Origin: Elusimicrobiota bacterium
GTDB lineage: Bacteria > Elusimicrobiota > Elusimicrobia > UBA1565 > UBA9628
Assembly (NCBI GenBank): GCA_016194705.1
Contig: JACQAZ010000015.1
Coordinates: 4,771 to 68,770, forward strand
Length of the DNA stretch: 64,000 nucleotides
Reading direction: 5' to 3'
Positions 48,712-58,234 of this stretch are shown here, one piece after another. The notes under the pieces are model-generated. The model saw only the letters and a program-made list of their open reading frames with translations. It did no database searches and was not told where the DNA came from. Numbering within the stretch: position 1 is the first letter of the stretch; each line of letters opens with the position of its first letter. Position numbers and translations under genes: made by a program.

Positions 48712-50385
48712 ATGCCCGCGCTCCTCTGCTCCCTGCTGGCCGCCTCGCTCCTCGCGGCTGAACCCGAACTCATCCTCGCTCACGGTCGCGTCTTCATCGC
48801 CCCGGGACGCTACGCCCAGGCCGTGGCGGTCGTCTCCAATCGCATCGAGTCGGTCGGCAGCGACGCGGCGGTGCTGGCGCTCAAAGGGCCGGCGACCCGC
48901 GTCGTCGATCTCAGGGGCCGCGCCGTGACGCCGGGTTTTCACGACAGCCACACCCATTTCCTCCGAGGCGCGCTCTCACTGACCCAGGTCGACCTCACCG
49001 GCGCCTCGGACATCCAGGAGATTCAGCGCAGGCTCGCCGATTACGCCGTCAAGAATGCGACGGCCGTCTGGATCATCGGGCGCGGCTGGGACCAGACCTC
49101 GTGGGCGCCTGGCGCCTATCCGACCCGCGCCGACATCGACGCCGTGGTTTCGACGAGGCCGGTCGCGCTGGCCGACGCGGACGGGCGCGCGCTGTGGCTC
49201 AATACCGAGGGGCTCAAGCGCGCAAGAATCACCTCGCGCACGCCCAGGTTCAACAGCGGGCAGTTCATCAAGGACGACAAGGGCGAACTCACGGGCCTCC
49301 TGCTGGACGAGGCCACCTCCCCGGCCATCGCCGCCATACCGGCCCCGTCGCGCGCCCAAAAGCTCGACGCCCTGCGCAGGGCACTGGCCTTGGCGCGAGA
49401 ATCCGGCGTAACGGCCGTCGAGTCTCTGCAGGGCCCGTTCGACGCTTTGCCATCCGAGCAGCTCGACCTGTGGAAAGAGCTCTACAAGAACGGCGACGCC
49501 ACGCTGCGCTATTTCCTCTACGGACGCCTCGAGGATCCCGGCGGGTTCTCCAAGCTCAGGAAAACGGTGCGCGACATCCCGAGGGATCGGCTCGATCTCA
49601 TCGGGGTCAAGGGCCTCGTCGACGGGACCTTCAAAGACCGCACGGCGGCGCTGCTGCAGCCCTACTTCGACGCCAATGCCAGCGGCGCGCTCAAGCACCA
49701 GACCTTCTCGCTCAACTCGATGATCCGCCGCGCCCACCAGGACGGCCTCCAAGTGGCGCTGCACTGCGTCGGCGACCGCGCGGTGCGGGCCGCGCTCGAC
49801 GCCTGCCAGAAATCTCAGGAGAGGGCGCGCCAGGAGGAACTGGTCCTGCCGCCCTACCCGTGCAAGCTCGAGCACGTCGAAGACGTCGACGCGAAGGACC
49901 TGCCGCGTTTCGCCGGCCTCCACGCTGTCGCCTCGATGCAGCCGAGCCGCATGATCTTCGATGATGAAGAACGAAACTACTACCCCAATAGGCTCGGCTC
50001 CCGCGTGCAGCGCAGCTTCGCCTGGAAGAGCCTGGAGGACGCCGGGGCGCTGGTGAGCTTCGGCACGGACTGGCCCGCGCTGCCGCTGGCGCCGCGCGTC
50101 GGGCTGTTCGCCGCCGCGACGAGGCGGCACCGCAACGGCAAGCCGGAGGGCGGCTGGATTCCCGCGGAAAAAATCTCGCTCGAGTCGGCCGTCGCGCACT
50201 ACACGGCCGACCCGGCCCGGGCCATCGGCCGAGACGATGCGATGGGCCGGGTCAAGCCGGGACAGCTTGCCGATCTCGTCGTCTTCGACCGGGATCTCTT
50301 CTCGACCGCGGGCTTGGATTTGCTCAAGGTGCAGGTCGACATGACGATCTTCGACGGCAAGATCGTCTACGAGCGAAAGCCCTAA
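48712..50385 (+). CDS. Amidohydrolase-family metal-dependent hydrolase (Amidohydro_3-like)
   Basis: Signal peptide. Metal-binding motifs GFHDSHTHF and …ALHCVGD…. Confidence 0.75.
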   Translation: MPALLCSLLAASLLAAEPELILAHGRVFIAPGRYAQAVAVVSNRIESVGSDAAVLALKGPATRVVDLRGRAVTPGFHDSHTHFLRGALSLTQVDLTGASDIQEIQRRLADYAVKNATAVWIIGRGWDQTSWAPGAYPTRADIDAVVSTRPVALADADGRALWLNTEGLKRARITSRTPRFNSGQFIKDDKGELTGLLLDEATSPAIAAIPAPSRAQKLDALRRALALARESGVTAVESLQGPFDALPSEQLDLWKELYKNGDATLRYFLYGRLEDPGGFSKLRKTVRDIPRDRLDLIGVKGLVDGTFKDRTAALLQPYFDANASGALKHQTFSLNSMIRRAHQDGLQVALHCVGDRAVRAALDACQKSQERARQEELVLPPYPCKLEHVEDVDAKDLPRFAGLHAVASMQPSRMIFDDEERNYYPNRLGSRVQRSFAWKSLEDAGALVSFGTDWPALPLAPRVGLFAAATRRHRNGKPEGGWIPAEKISLESAVAHYTADPARAIGRDDAMGRVKPGQLADLVVFDRDLFSTAGLDLLKVQVDMTIFDGKIVYERKP

Positions 50386-51449
50386 CGGCGTCTCTGGCGC
50401 CGTTCGTCTCTCGGCTGCTGACGCTGCTGCTGCTGTTGGCGCCGCTGTCCTTGCTGCTCCTCTCGCTGACGCTGTCTCTCCCGCCCAAATTCTTCGCGCC
50501 GCTTCGCTTTCTCCTGTTGACGCTGCTGACGCCCCTCGCTCTCACCTTGCTCCTGCGGGGGCCGCAGATGCTGGCGGCGCTTCGGGGCCGGGCCCCCCTC
50601 TTGGTTCTGAAGGCGCTTTTGGCGGCCGCGCCGCAGGAGGTTTTGCCTCGCCCGCAAATGCCCGTATTTTCTGCCCTGCATCTGCCGCCTCACGCCCTTG
50701 AGGTGGCCGCCTCGCACCGTCTGTTTGCTCCGCAAGCGCTGCCGCCATTCTCGGCGCAGCTTCGCGTCGCGCCGAGTCCAGTTCTTCGAGACCTCGCCCG
50801 CCCGATGCCGGACGAACTCGAACCTCCGCCGGCTTCCCGCGAAATGGCGCAGAGTCGCGGGCTGCCCCAGCGCCTTGTCCTTGTGCACCTCGAGCTCCTG
50901 GCCTGGCCCCAGCTGCGCGGACTCCTTTCCCCCGACGGCCGTGACGGCGACCTGGCCCTCGTCGAAGACGCCGACGCGGGCCGGCTGGTCGTCGCCCTCC
51001 TGGGAGACCGCCAGTTCCGTGCCGCGCACGGCGGCCACGGCTGTGGGGGTGTGGAACTCCATGCTCTGTCCGTCGAGCAAATGCTTGATCTTGGCCAGGA
51101 TCGAGCCGATGCCCACATGAAACTCGGTATGCTCCGGGGCCAGCGAATTGACGATGAAATCCGAGTTGGGCGAGATCGAGATCACGGATTCGCCGTCGAG
51201 CGTGAACTCCGCCGTGCCGTCCTCGCCGGTGCGGATCATGTCGCCGTCCTCGATGGTCGCGTCCGCCTCGGCCGGGATGAACTCGCCCTCCTGATGGTCG
51301 TGCAGGTGCAGGTAGACCGTACCCTCGACCGAGGTGAGGCGCGCCTCGCGGTCCGCGTCTTCGGGCTGGTCCTGCGTAGAGGCCGACAGAGAACCCGCCG
51401 CGATGAGCGCGGACACGGCGGCGGCCGTCCAACGGCGTTTGGTTCCCAT
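50382..51449 (-). CDS. FecR-domain protein with extreme Arg/Gln-rich C-terminal tail
   Basis: Start at MGTKRRWTAAAVSALIAAGSL (signal anchor). FecR-like β-rich region. The last ~150 aa are R/Q/E low complexity encoded by CAG/CGS repeats. Confidence 0.6.
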   Translation of the reverse strand: MGTKRRWTAAAVSALIAAGSLSASTQDQPEDADREARLTSVEGTVYLHLHDHQEGEFIPAEADATIEDGDMIRTGEDGTAEFTLDGESVISISPNSDFIVNSLAPEHTEFHVGIGSILAKIKHLLDGQSMEFHTPTAVAAVRGTELAVSQEGDDQPARVGVFDEGQVAVTAVGGKESAQLGPGQELEVHKDKALGQPATLRHFAGSRRRFEFVRHRAGEVSKNWTRRDAKLRREWRQRLRSKQTVRGGHLKGVRRQMQGRKYGHLRARQNLLRRGRQKRLQNQEGGPAPKRRQHLRPPQEQGESEGRQQRQQEKAKRREEFGRERQRQREEQQGQRRQQQQQRQQPRDERRQRRR

Positions 51450-51603
51450 GGCGAGCTTCCCGGAGTATAACAAGTCTTTGTTACATTCACAAGTAGGCGG
51501 CCGTCGGTCCCATGGTCCCACTGCGGAGTAGTCCCAATGTGTCCCCCTTGTGGCCCTATGGACCTATAGGGTCTAGACCCAGCGGACGCTATAATGGAAC
51601 GCA

Positions 51604-53316
51604 ATGGAAAATATCACGCGCGACATCAGAAGCATCGCCGCTGTCTTGTTCTTCTTTTCACCGGCCGTCCCGTCCCGGGCCGTGGATTTCAACGCCGCAC
51701 CCAAGGGAGAGACCCGCGCGCTGCCGGCGCCCGCGCCGATCCCCCGCACGCTCGCCGGTTCGCTGGAGCTCAAGACCCAGGACCTCGCCGCGGGACTGCC
51801 GGCCGGGATCACTCTCGAGGACGGACAAAGGCTCGTGTCCCCCGGGACCGTGCCCCAAGCCGCGCCGGGCTCTGCGTCCGCGAGTCCGAGCGTGCCGCAA
51901 GCGCCCTCTCTCGGTGAGCCGATCGCGCCCGCACAAGCCGGCGCTCCCATCGCCGACGCCGACGTGCGCGGCAAGACGCTCCTGCTCGTCGGCACGCGCG
52001 GCTCGCGTCCCTTCATCATCGAGGAGGCCGTGCGCGTGGCCAACGAGCTCGGCTTGAACCTCGTGCTGCTCGACAAGGAGGAGAACCGGAAGAACTCCGA
52101 GTCCCTGGTCCCCGAGACCGATTTCTTCTCCGCGCCCATCGACCGCCGCGACGACAGGTCGATGAAGTCGATCGTCGCGCAGGTCCAGCAGCTCGCCTCC
52201 GAGCGCAAGATCGACTACGTCATGGCCTTCCGCAGCCACCACGCCAAGCTCGTCGGCAAGATCGTCGACGCGACCGGCATCTCGGGAGTCCCAGGGAAGG
52301 TGGCGCTCACCGCCGAGGACAAGGCCCGCACGCGCAAGGCCCTCAACGCCGCGCCCGACCAGTTCGTCCCCTACCGGGAGGTCAAGACCGCCGACGAGGT
52401 CCGCGAGTTCTACAGGCAATACGGCGGCTCGGGCAAGTTCGTCATGAAGTCCAAGCTCGGCGAGAACAGCCGCTTCGTGGAGCTCGACATCGATTCTGAG
52501 GAGAAGCTCGTTTCCGCATTCACCAAGATGGACGCGGCCCTGCGCGCCGAGGCGCGCAAGAAGGAGTCGAGCGACACGATCTTCAACCGCTTCCCCGGGA
52601 TCATGGTCGAGAAGATGCTGCAGAAGGCGCCGGGCACCGTCGAGGCCTCGGTCGAGATGGTCGTCCAGAACGGCAAGGTCAAGTTCGCCATGGTCTCCGA
52701 CACGCACGGCATCGGCCCCAAGGGCGAGCTCGCGGGCGGCAGCATGACCTTCCCCTCTCAGATGAGCGAGCCCGTCAGCCAGGCCCTGATCGCGGCCTCG
52801 GCCCGGGCCCTGGAGATCATCGGGCTGCGCAACGGCAACGCGCGCATCGACATCATGATGACGCCCGACGGCCCCAAAGTCATCGAGATCAACCCGTTCC
52901 TCGGGGGCGCGGCCATCTACACCGCGATCAAGCTCGTGACCGGGATCAGCCTCGTGGAATGGGGGATTCGCGCGACGCTCGGCCTGTCCCTGCCCGGCGG
53001 TCCCGCGCACAAGACGGTCGTCGACTACCGCTTCGCGGCCTCGCAGCACACGGGCTCCATCATCGCGCTCGAGGGCGTCGAGCAGGCCAAGGCCCTGCCG
53101 GGCGTGGCGCACGTCCAGCTGCTCGCCGGACGCGGCGATTCGGTCGCCGCCCCCATCGAGAACGGCTTCGAGGAGTGGGCCGAGGTCATGGGCACCGGAC
53201 CGACCTTCGAGGCGGCCCGGCGCGCGAGCATCGCGGCGCTGGCGAAGATCAAGGCGGTGGTCGTCGTCGACCAGACCGCCGATTACCTGCAGCCCAAGCC
53301 CGAGGAAAGGAAGTAG
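51604..53316 (+). CDS. ATP-grasp-fold enzyme with predicted signal peptide and Pro/Ala-rich linker
   Basis: Signal-like N-terminus MENITRDIRSIAAVLFFFSPAVPSRA. Pre-ATP-grasp plus ATP-grasp core (…IEINPFLGGA…). Confidence 0.7.
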   Translation: MENITRDIRSIAAVLFFFSPAVPSRAVDFNAAPKGETRALPAPAPIPRTLAGSLELKTQDLAAGLPAGITLEDGQRLVSPGTVPQAAPGSASASPSVPQAPSLGEPIAPAQAGAPIADADVRGKTLLLVGTRGSRPFIIEEAVRVANELGLNLVLLDKEENRKNSESLVPETDFFSAPIDRRDDRSMKSIVAQVQQLASERKIDYVMAFRSHHAKLVGKIVDATGISGVPGKVALTAEDKARTRKALNAAPDQFVPYREVKTADEVREFYRQYGGSGKFVMKSKLGENSRFVELDIDSEEKLVSAFTKMDAALRAEARKKESSDTIFNRFPGIMVEKMLQKAPGTVEASVEMVVQNGKVKFAMVSDTHGIGPKGELAGGSMTFPSQMSEPVSQALIAASARALEIIGLRNGNARIDIMMTPDGPKVIEINPFLGGAAIYTAIKLVTGISLVEWGIRATLGLSLPGGPAHKTVVDYRFAASQHTGSIIALEGVEQAKALPGVAHVQLLAGRGDSVAAPIENGFEEWAEVMGTGPTFEAARRASIAALAKIKAVVVVDQTADYLQPKPEERK

Positions 53317-53336
53317 GCTAACCGGCCCCATCGTCC

Positions 53337-54665
53337 GTGGCCTCCATGCTGCCCTTTCTCCTCTGCGCCGCCGCAGCGCTCGCGGGCCCTGTCGTCGAAC
53401 GACCCGAGGACCCTCGGCCCGTCGCGGAGCTTCGGGCCGCGCCGACCCTACCCGCGAACTTTGAGGCGGGCAGGACTCTCACGCCGGATTCCGCGTTTCT
53501 CAAACTGGGGCTCATCGTTCCCGTCATCGTCGAGACCGGCCCGCTTCCCGCACCCTCGACGCTCCCCGGCGGGACCCCTCAGGCGAAGGGCCATGACGCG
53601 GATCCCGCCGTTCCCGCTTCGCGCCGCGAGGCCGCGTTGGCTCTTGAGGAGCCCGCGGTCTCGTTCGACGGCGCGCGGCATATCGCCGCCCGCGCGGCTC
53701 TGCTGACGCAGCGCGCCGCGACCTTGCCGGCGCACCTGTGGCCCTTCTCGAATTTGGCCAAGAAGCTCTCGCACGGCGAGGGGCTCGCGGGCCTGACCCC
53801 CTCCGGCGCGGTCGCGGCCGCGCGAAAAATCCGATCCGATCATCGCGCCCCCGCCGTGATCGGCCGGCTGTCCTGGGAACTGCACGACGTCTGGTCGGTG
53901 CGCGGCGCCGTGAGATCGTACGCGAGGCTCATCGACGCCGTGGCCGAGGCGAAGTCCAAGGATCCGAAGGTCGACGTCTCCATCTCGCTCGACGTCGAGT
54001 CCCTGGGGGCCCAGCTCGACGGGCTGAGCTTCCCTGAGAAGACCCGCATCGCCATCGCCAACGCCACCGCGCTAGCGCGTCGGGCCCGCGACCGCGGCAT
54101 TGCCATCGAGTTCGACATGGGGGCCTCGGCTGTGATGCCTCTGCTGCTCGACGTCGCGCGTTCCGTGGTCCGGAAGCTGGGCACGCCCGCGCGCCTGGCC
54201 CTCTCGGCGCGTTATTTGGCCTCCGAGGAAGCGCTTCGGAATTGGTCCGCGCTGGCGCGCGAGACGGGGCTCAGGCTCGGCGTGCGGCTGGTCAAGGGCT
54301 CGTTCATCGAAGGCGATAAGCCCGGAACCCTCTATTTTCGGCGTGCGCTCCTGGAGCAATACAAGAAGCTGATCACGCAGGCGCTGGAACAGGGCGACGC
54401 GCTCGACGTCGCGGTCGCCACCCACAACGAGGAGATCTGGGAACACGCTGAGGCCCAATCAAGACGGCTCGGCGCGCCTTATTCTCTCCAGGTCATCCGC
54501 GGGGTCAATCGCAAGCTGCAAAGGAGGATGCGCGCTTCCGGGAACATCCCCCGGGAGTACGTCTCGTACGGCGTCGACACTCCCGTGATGGCGCTGATGG
54601 AATGGTGGACCAACTGGCGGCAAAAGCGCGCTCTGCGAAGACGCGTCGACGGCGAACTCGACTAG
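53337..54665 (+). CDS. Proline-dehydrogenase-family (PRODH-like) protein with predicted signal peptide
   Basis: Motifs RLGVRLVKGSFIEGD, VATHNEE and EYVSYGVD resemble the PRODH β8α8 domain. Signal-like N-terminus MASMLPFLLCAAAALAGP. Confidence 0.6.
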   Translation: MASMLPFLLCAAAALAGPVVERPEDPRPVAELRAAPTLPANFEAGRTLTPDSAFLKLGLIVPVIVETGPLPAPSTLPGGTPQAKGHDADPAVPASRREAALALEEPAVSFDGARHIAARAALLTQRAATLPAHLWPFSNLAKKLSHGEGLAGLTPSGAVAAARKIRSDHRAPAVIGRLSWELHDVWSVRGAVRSYARLIDAVAEAKSKDPKVDVSISLDVESLGAQLDGLSFPEKTRIAIANATALARRARDRGIAIEFDMGASAVMPLLLDVARSVVRKLGTPARLALSARYLASEEALRNWSALARETGLRLGVRLVKGSFIEGDKPGTLYFRRALLEQYKKLITQALEQGDALDVAVATHNEEIWEHAEAQSRRLGAPYSLQVIRGVNRKLQRRMRASGNIPREYVSYGVDTPVMALMEWWTNWRQKRALRRRVDGELD

Positions 54666-54704
54666 GCTTGCGCGGGGGCGGCCGGGCTGTTATAATCACG
54701 GCTG

Positions 54705-55526
54705 ATGAAGGCCGCCAAGCTCACCCAAGAGAACCTCGATGACATCGACCAGCACACCCGCGACAGGATCGGGATCAGCACGCTCGAGCGCTACACGGGC
54801 AGTTCGGCTTCCGAGTTCCAGCCGTACGTCCTGCTGACCAATTTCAAGCTCTACGTCCGAGCCTTCGCCGAAATCCAGAAAACGCCCGTCCACAAAGGCT
54901 CCGTCATGCGGGCATGCCATTCCCCCAAGGACGGCATCTCCATCATCGATTTCAGCGTCGGGTCTCCGACCGCGGCGCTGGTCGTCGACCTGCTGTCCTT
55001 CATCAAGCCCAAGGCCGTGATCATGCTCGGCCTTTGCGGAGGCTTGCGGGAGGAGTACGAGGTCGGCGACTTCTTCAATCCGGTGGCGGCCATCCGCAAC
55101 GAGGGAACTTCGGCGAGCTACATGCCGCCGCAATGCCCCGCGCTGAGCTCGTTCGTGCTCCAGCGCATAGCCTGCGAGGAGCTCGAGAAGCGCAGACTCA
55201 AGTACCATACCGGGGTCATCCACACCACCAACGTCCGCTTCTGGGAGTTCAACGAGGAGTTCAAGGCCAGCCTGGCCGCCGAGCGCGCTCAAGCCATCGA
55301 CATGGAATGCGCCACTCTCTTCATCGTCGGCTACGCGCGGCGCGTGCCGATGGGGGCCTTGATGCTGATCTCGGACGTGCCCCTAAAGAAAGGCGGCATC
55401 AAGACGGCCGACTCGGCGAAGAAGCTATTCGAGAAATACACCGGACTGCACATCGACATCGGCATCGCCGCGCTCAAGACCGCCCAGGCCCGGGAGAAGG
55501 CCGGGGGCCTCGACTTCCGCTTCTAG
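54705..55526 (+). CDS. Nucleoside phosphorylase/nucleosidase, PNP_UDP_1 family
   Basis: Conserved AIDMECATLF and phosphate-binding loop region (GLCGG). Confidence 0.7.
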   Translation: MKAAKLTQENLDDIDQHTRDRIGISTLERYTGSSASEFQPYVLLTNFKLYVRAFAEIQKTPVHKGSVMRACHSPKDGISIIDFSVGSPTAALVVDLLSFIKPKAVIMLGLCGGLREEYEVGDFFNPVAAIRNEGTSASYMPPQCPALSSFVLQRIACEELEKRRLKYHTGVIHTTNVRFWEFNEEFKASLAAERAQAIDMECATLFIVGYARRVPMGALMLISDVPLKKGGIKTADSAKKLFEKYTGLHIDIGIAALKTAQAREKAGGLDFRF

Positions 55527-55527
55527 G

Positions 55528-56655
55528 TCACCTCTCGAGGTCGACCGGCGCGGCGGGGTCCTTGCGGTCGGGCTGGCCCACCACCCAATAGGGGAGGACC
55601 GGATCGTAGTAGGTGCAGCGGCGGCAGACGTCGGGATGGTCTCCCCGCGCCTGACGGTCCAAGAGTTCCCGCAAGGCCGGACCGCTCAGGATTTCGCTCA
55701 AGCTCTGCTTGCCGAGGTCTCCGATGATCAAAGTCGCCTCGACGTCGCGCGCCGCGCAGGCGTTGACGCGCCCGTCGGCCAGGACCACGGGGCCCGTCAG
55801 GGGCCAATGGCAGGGGCCCTTCTTGACGGGCATGGGCCGGGCCACGAGGCCCGCGTCGGTGAGCTCGCGTTCCTTAATATGCCCCGCCCAAGAGTCGAAG
55901 GCCCCCATCCAGGTCATCTCGATGACTCCGTCCTTCTTGGCCGCCAAGAAATAGTCCCAGAGCTCGCCCTTGTTGTTGTCGCGGGGCGTGCGCAGGTTGA
56001 TCTGCAGCCCGAGCGTCGAGCCCGAAGCGCGCTTGGCCTCGATGGCGGCCTTGATGTTGGGCGCCGCGGCGTCGAATTTGTCGACCCCGAAGACCTTGAG
56101 GTAGGTCTGCCGGTCGAAGCCGCCGAAGGAGATGTAGACGCGCAGCTTGGCGCCGTACTTGAGCAGCTTCTGCGAGAGCTCGGGCTTCATGCCGATGGCG
56201 TTCGTGAAAAAGTGAAAGCGCCGAAGCTCGGGTTTGGAAGCCAGGTAGTCCAACCTCTCGAAGATCTTGCCGTCGACGAACGGATCGCCGACGATCGGCG
56301 TGAGGTCGACCTCGGTGCCGCCCATCGCCGCGTACTGGTCGATGACCGACTTGAAGAGCTCCATGGGCATGACTTTCTTGGGCCGCTGCATCTCCGGGTA
56401 GGCGCAGAACACGCACTCGGCGTTGCAGATGTTGGTGCCCTCGATGTAGAGGGAATGCGGCCAGGCGCCGATCCTCACGATGCGGTCCAGGCCCGGCACC
56501 CTCATGAGGGCGTAATTGAGCAAGGTCGTCCCCCACGAATATTTGGCCGCGACCCATGAATAGGCTCGGGGCCCGGCGACCGCGCGGACGGTTTTCTTAG
56601 CCGCGTCGCGGATCGGGTGCCACCAGGAGGCGCTCGGGATGGTGCGGGTCGGCAT
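55528..56655 (-). CDS. Radical SAM protein with C-terminal Cys-rich (SPASM-like) region
   Basis: rSAM motif TNICNAECVFC (CxxxCxxC) and C-terminal Cys residues (CHWP…C…CRRC). Confidence 0.75.
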   Translation of the reverse strand: MPTRTIPSASWWHPIRDAAKKTVRAVAGPRAYSWVAAKYSWGTTLLNYALMRVPGLDRIVRIGAWPHSLYIEGTNICNAECVFCAYPEMQRPKKVMPMELFKSVIDQYAAMGGTEVDLTPIVGDPFVDGKIFERLDYLASKPELRRFHFFTNAIGMKPELSQKLLKYGAKLRVYISFGGFDRQTYLKVFGVDKFDAAAPNIKAAIEAKRASGSTLGLQINLRTPRDNNKGELWDYFLAAKKDGVIEMTWMGAFDSWAGHIKERELTDAGLVARPMPVKKGPCHWPLTGPVVLADGRVNACAARDVEATLIIGDLGKQSLSEILSGPALRELLDRQARGDHPDVCRRCTYYDPVLPYWVVGQPDRKDPAAPVDLER

Positions 56656-56694
56656 GAGGTCTCGCGTGTAGGATACCAGCGGCGGCGGGGCCTG

Positions 56695-57705
56695 TCAAGT
56701 ATCGGGAAGGATGCGCCCGCGCAGCGAGACGAGCCAGCGCTTGGTACGGTAGAGCTCGTGGCTCCGGATGTAGACCGCGGGAGAGACCAGCGCCAAGAGC
56801 AAGGTCGAGCAGCGGAAAAAGCCGAGGCTCGTGAGGCCGTGCCGCCTGAAGAGCTGCCGCCAGAGCGCGAAGGCCTCGCCGCGGCGCCCTTCGTGCATCG
56901 CGACCAGAATCTCGCGGCGGTTGACGTCGAGATCCTCCAGAAACTTGTACATGGGCGAGAACTCGAGCCCCCGAGCCTTCAATTTGGGAACGAGATAGCC
57001 GTCGAAAGTCCTTTGCAGCTCCAGGCCCATGCGCAGCTTCTTGGGGCTCAGGTAGCCCTCGGCCCAATTGTTCTGGCCGTGAATGCGGTGATAGCCCTTC
57101 GCGACGGAAAGATTCACGGCATCGCTGACAAATAGCCCGTGGACGGTCACGTAGATGTCGGCGGTGTAGAAGACGTCGAGCGGCAGAGGACCGACCTCGG
57201 CGAGCACCGAGCGCCGCAGGGCCACGCCGCTGGCCGCCGCCAGGGCCGCGCCGCCGGCCAGGAAGTCCTTGAGCGTGTAGCGGGGCGGCCAGCCCGGAAG
57301 GACGGTGTCCAGCGCCCGCCCCTGGGCGTCGACGTCGATGAGCGGGTGCTGGACGATGCCGACGGAAGGATCTTCGAAGCAGGCCGCCGCGACCTTCATC
57401 TTGTCGCGGTCCCAATAATCGTCGGAGTCGAGAAACATCACGATCTCGCCCCGGGCCGCCTGTATGCCCGCGTTGAAGGCCCCGGCTTGGCCCGTGTTTT
57501 TCTGGGCGATGAGCTTGATGCGGTCCCCGAATCCCTGCGCGACCTTGAGCGAGTCGTCGGTCGAGCCGTCGTCGACCAGGATGACCTCCTTCTTTGAGTC
57601 CGGGTAGTCCTGGCCGAGCGCGCTGTCGAGGCACTGCTTGAGAAAGCGGCCGTAGTTGTAGTTGTCGATGACGACCGAGACCAGCGGCAAGAACGCCTCG
57701 TTCAC
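56695..57705 (-). CDS. Family-2 glycosyltransferase
   Basis: VSVVIDNYNYGRFL and the DxD context FLDSDD. Confidence 0.8.
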   Translation of the reverse strand: MNEAFLPLVSVVIDNYNYGRFLKQCLDSALGQDYPDSKKEVILVDDGSTDDSLKVAQGFGDRIKLIAQKNTGQAGAFNAGIQAARGEIVMFLDSDDYWDRDKMKVAAACFEDPSVGIVQHPLIDVDAQGRALDTVLPGWPPRYTLKDFLAGGAALAAASGVALRRSVLAEVGPLPLDVFYTADIYVTVHGLFVSDAVNLSVAKGYHRIHGQNNWAEGYLSPKKLRMGLELQRTFDGYLVPKLKARGLEFSPMYKFLEDLDVNRREILVAMHEGRRGEAFALWRQLFRRHGLTSLGFFRCSTLLLALVSPAVYIRSHELYRTKRWLVSLRGRILPDT

Positions 57706-57732
57706 GAATCCATTCTATAACATCGGCCCCGG

Positions 57733-58233
57733 CTAGGGCGCCGGCGCGTAGCCGTAGCGCAGCCAGTGCAGACGGGCGCTCGCGCTGGCGAGGTCGACGA
57801 CGAAGAGGTTGTCGTACTCCCGGTCCCCGAGTTCCTCTTTCGGACCGTCCGAGACGCCCAACGACTTCAGAAGATCGGGGATCGTGTCCGAGTGCGCCAC
57901 CACGAGCACGTCGTCGCCCGCGTGGTCGGCTCGCAGAGTCTTGGCCAGCGCCGCCGTTTCCTCGGCTTTGACCTGGATCGGCTTTAGCTTGTGCCCCGCG
58001 GCGGCGGGCTCGGCGGTCTGGCGGGTGCGCTGGAACTGCGTCACATAGACCGACTGCAAGGGGACCCGGCTCAAATATCTGGCCAAATCCGCCGCTCGTT
58101 TGCGGCCCGCGGCGGTCAGCGGCGGGTCGTCGGTCTTCTTCGTCGCGACTTTCTCCGCGTGGCGCACGACATAGATCGCGGCATCCGACGGCAGCGAAGA
58201 CAATGCCGCGGCCAGAACCAGGATCAGTCTCAT
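57733..58233 (-). CDS. Histidine-phosphatase-superfamily (SixA/PGAM-like) secreted protein
   Basis: Signal peptide. Catalytic RHAEK motif and VAHSD. Confidence 0.7.
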   Translation of the reverse strand: MRLILVLAAALSSLPSDAAIYVVRHAEKVATKKTDDPPLTAAGRKRAADLARYLSRVPLQSVYVTQFQRTRQTAEPAAAGHKLKPIQVKAEETAALAKTLRADHAGDDVLVVAHSDTIPDLLKSLGVSDGPKEELGDREYDNLFVVDLASASARLHWLRYGYAPAP

Positions 58234-58234
58234 G

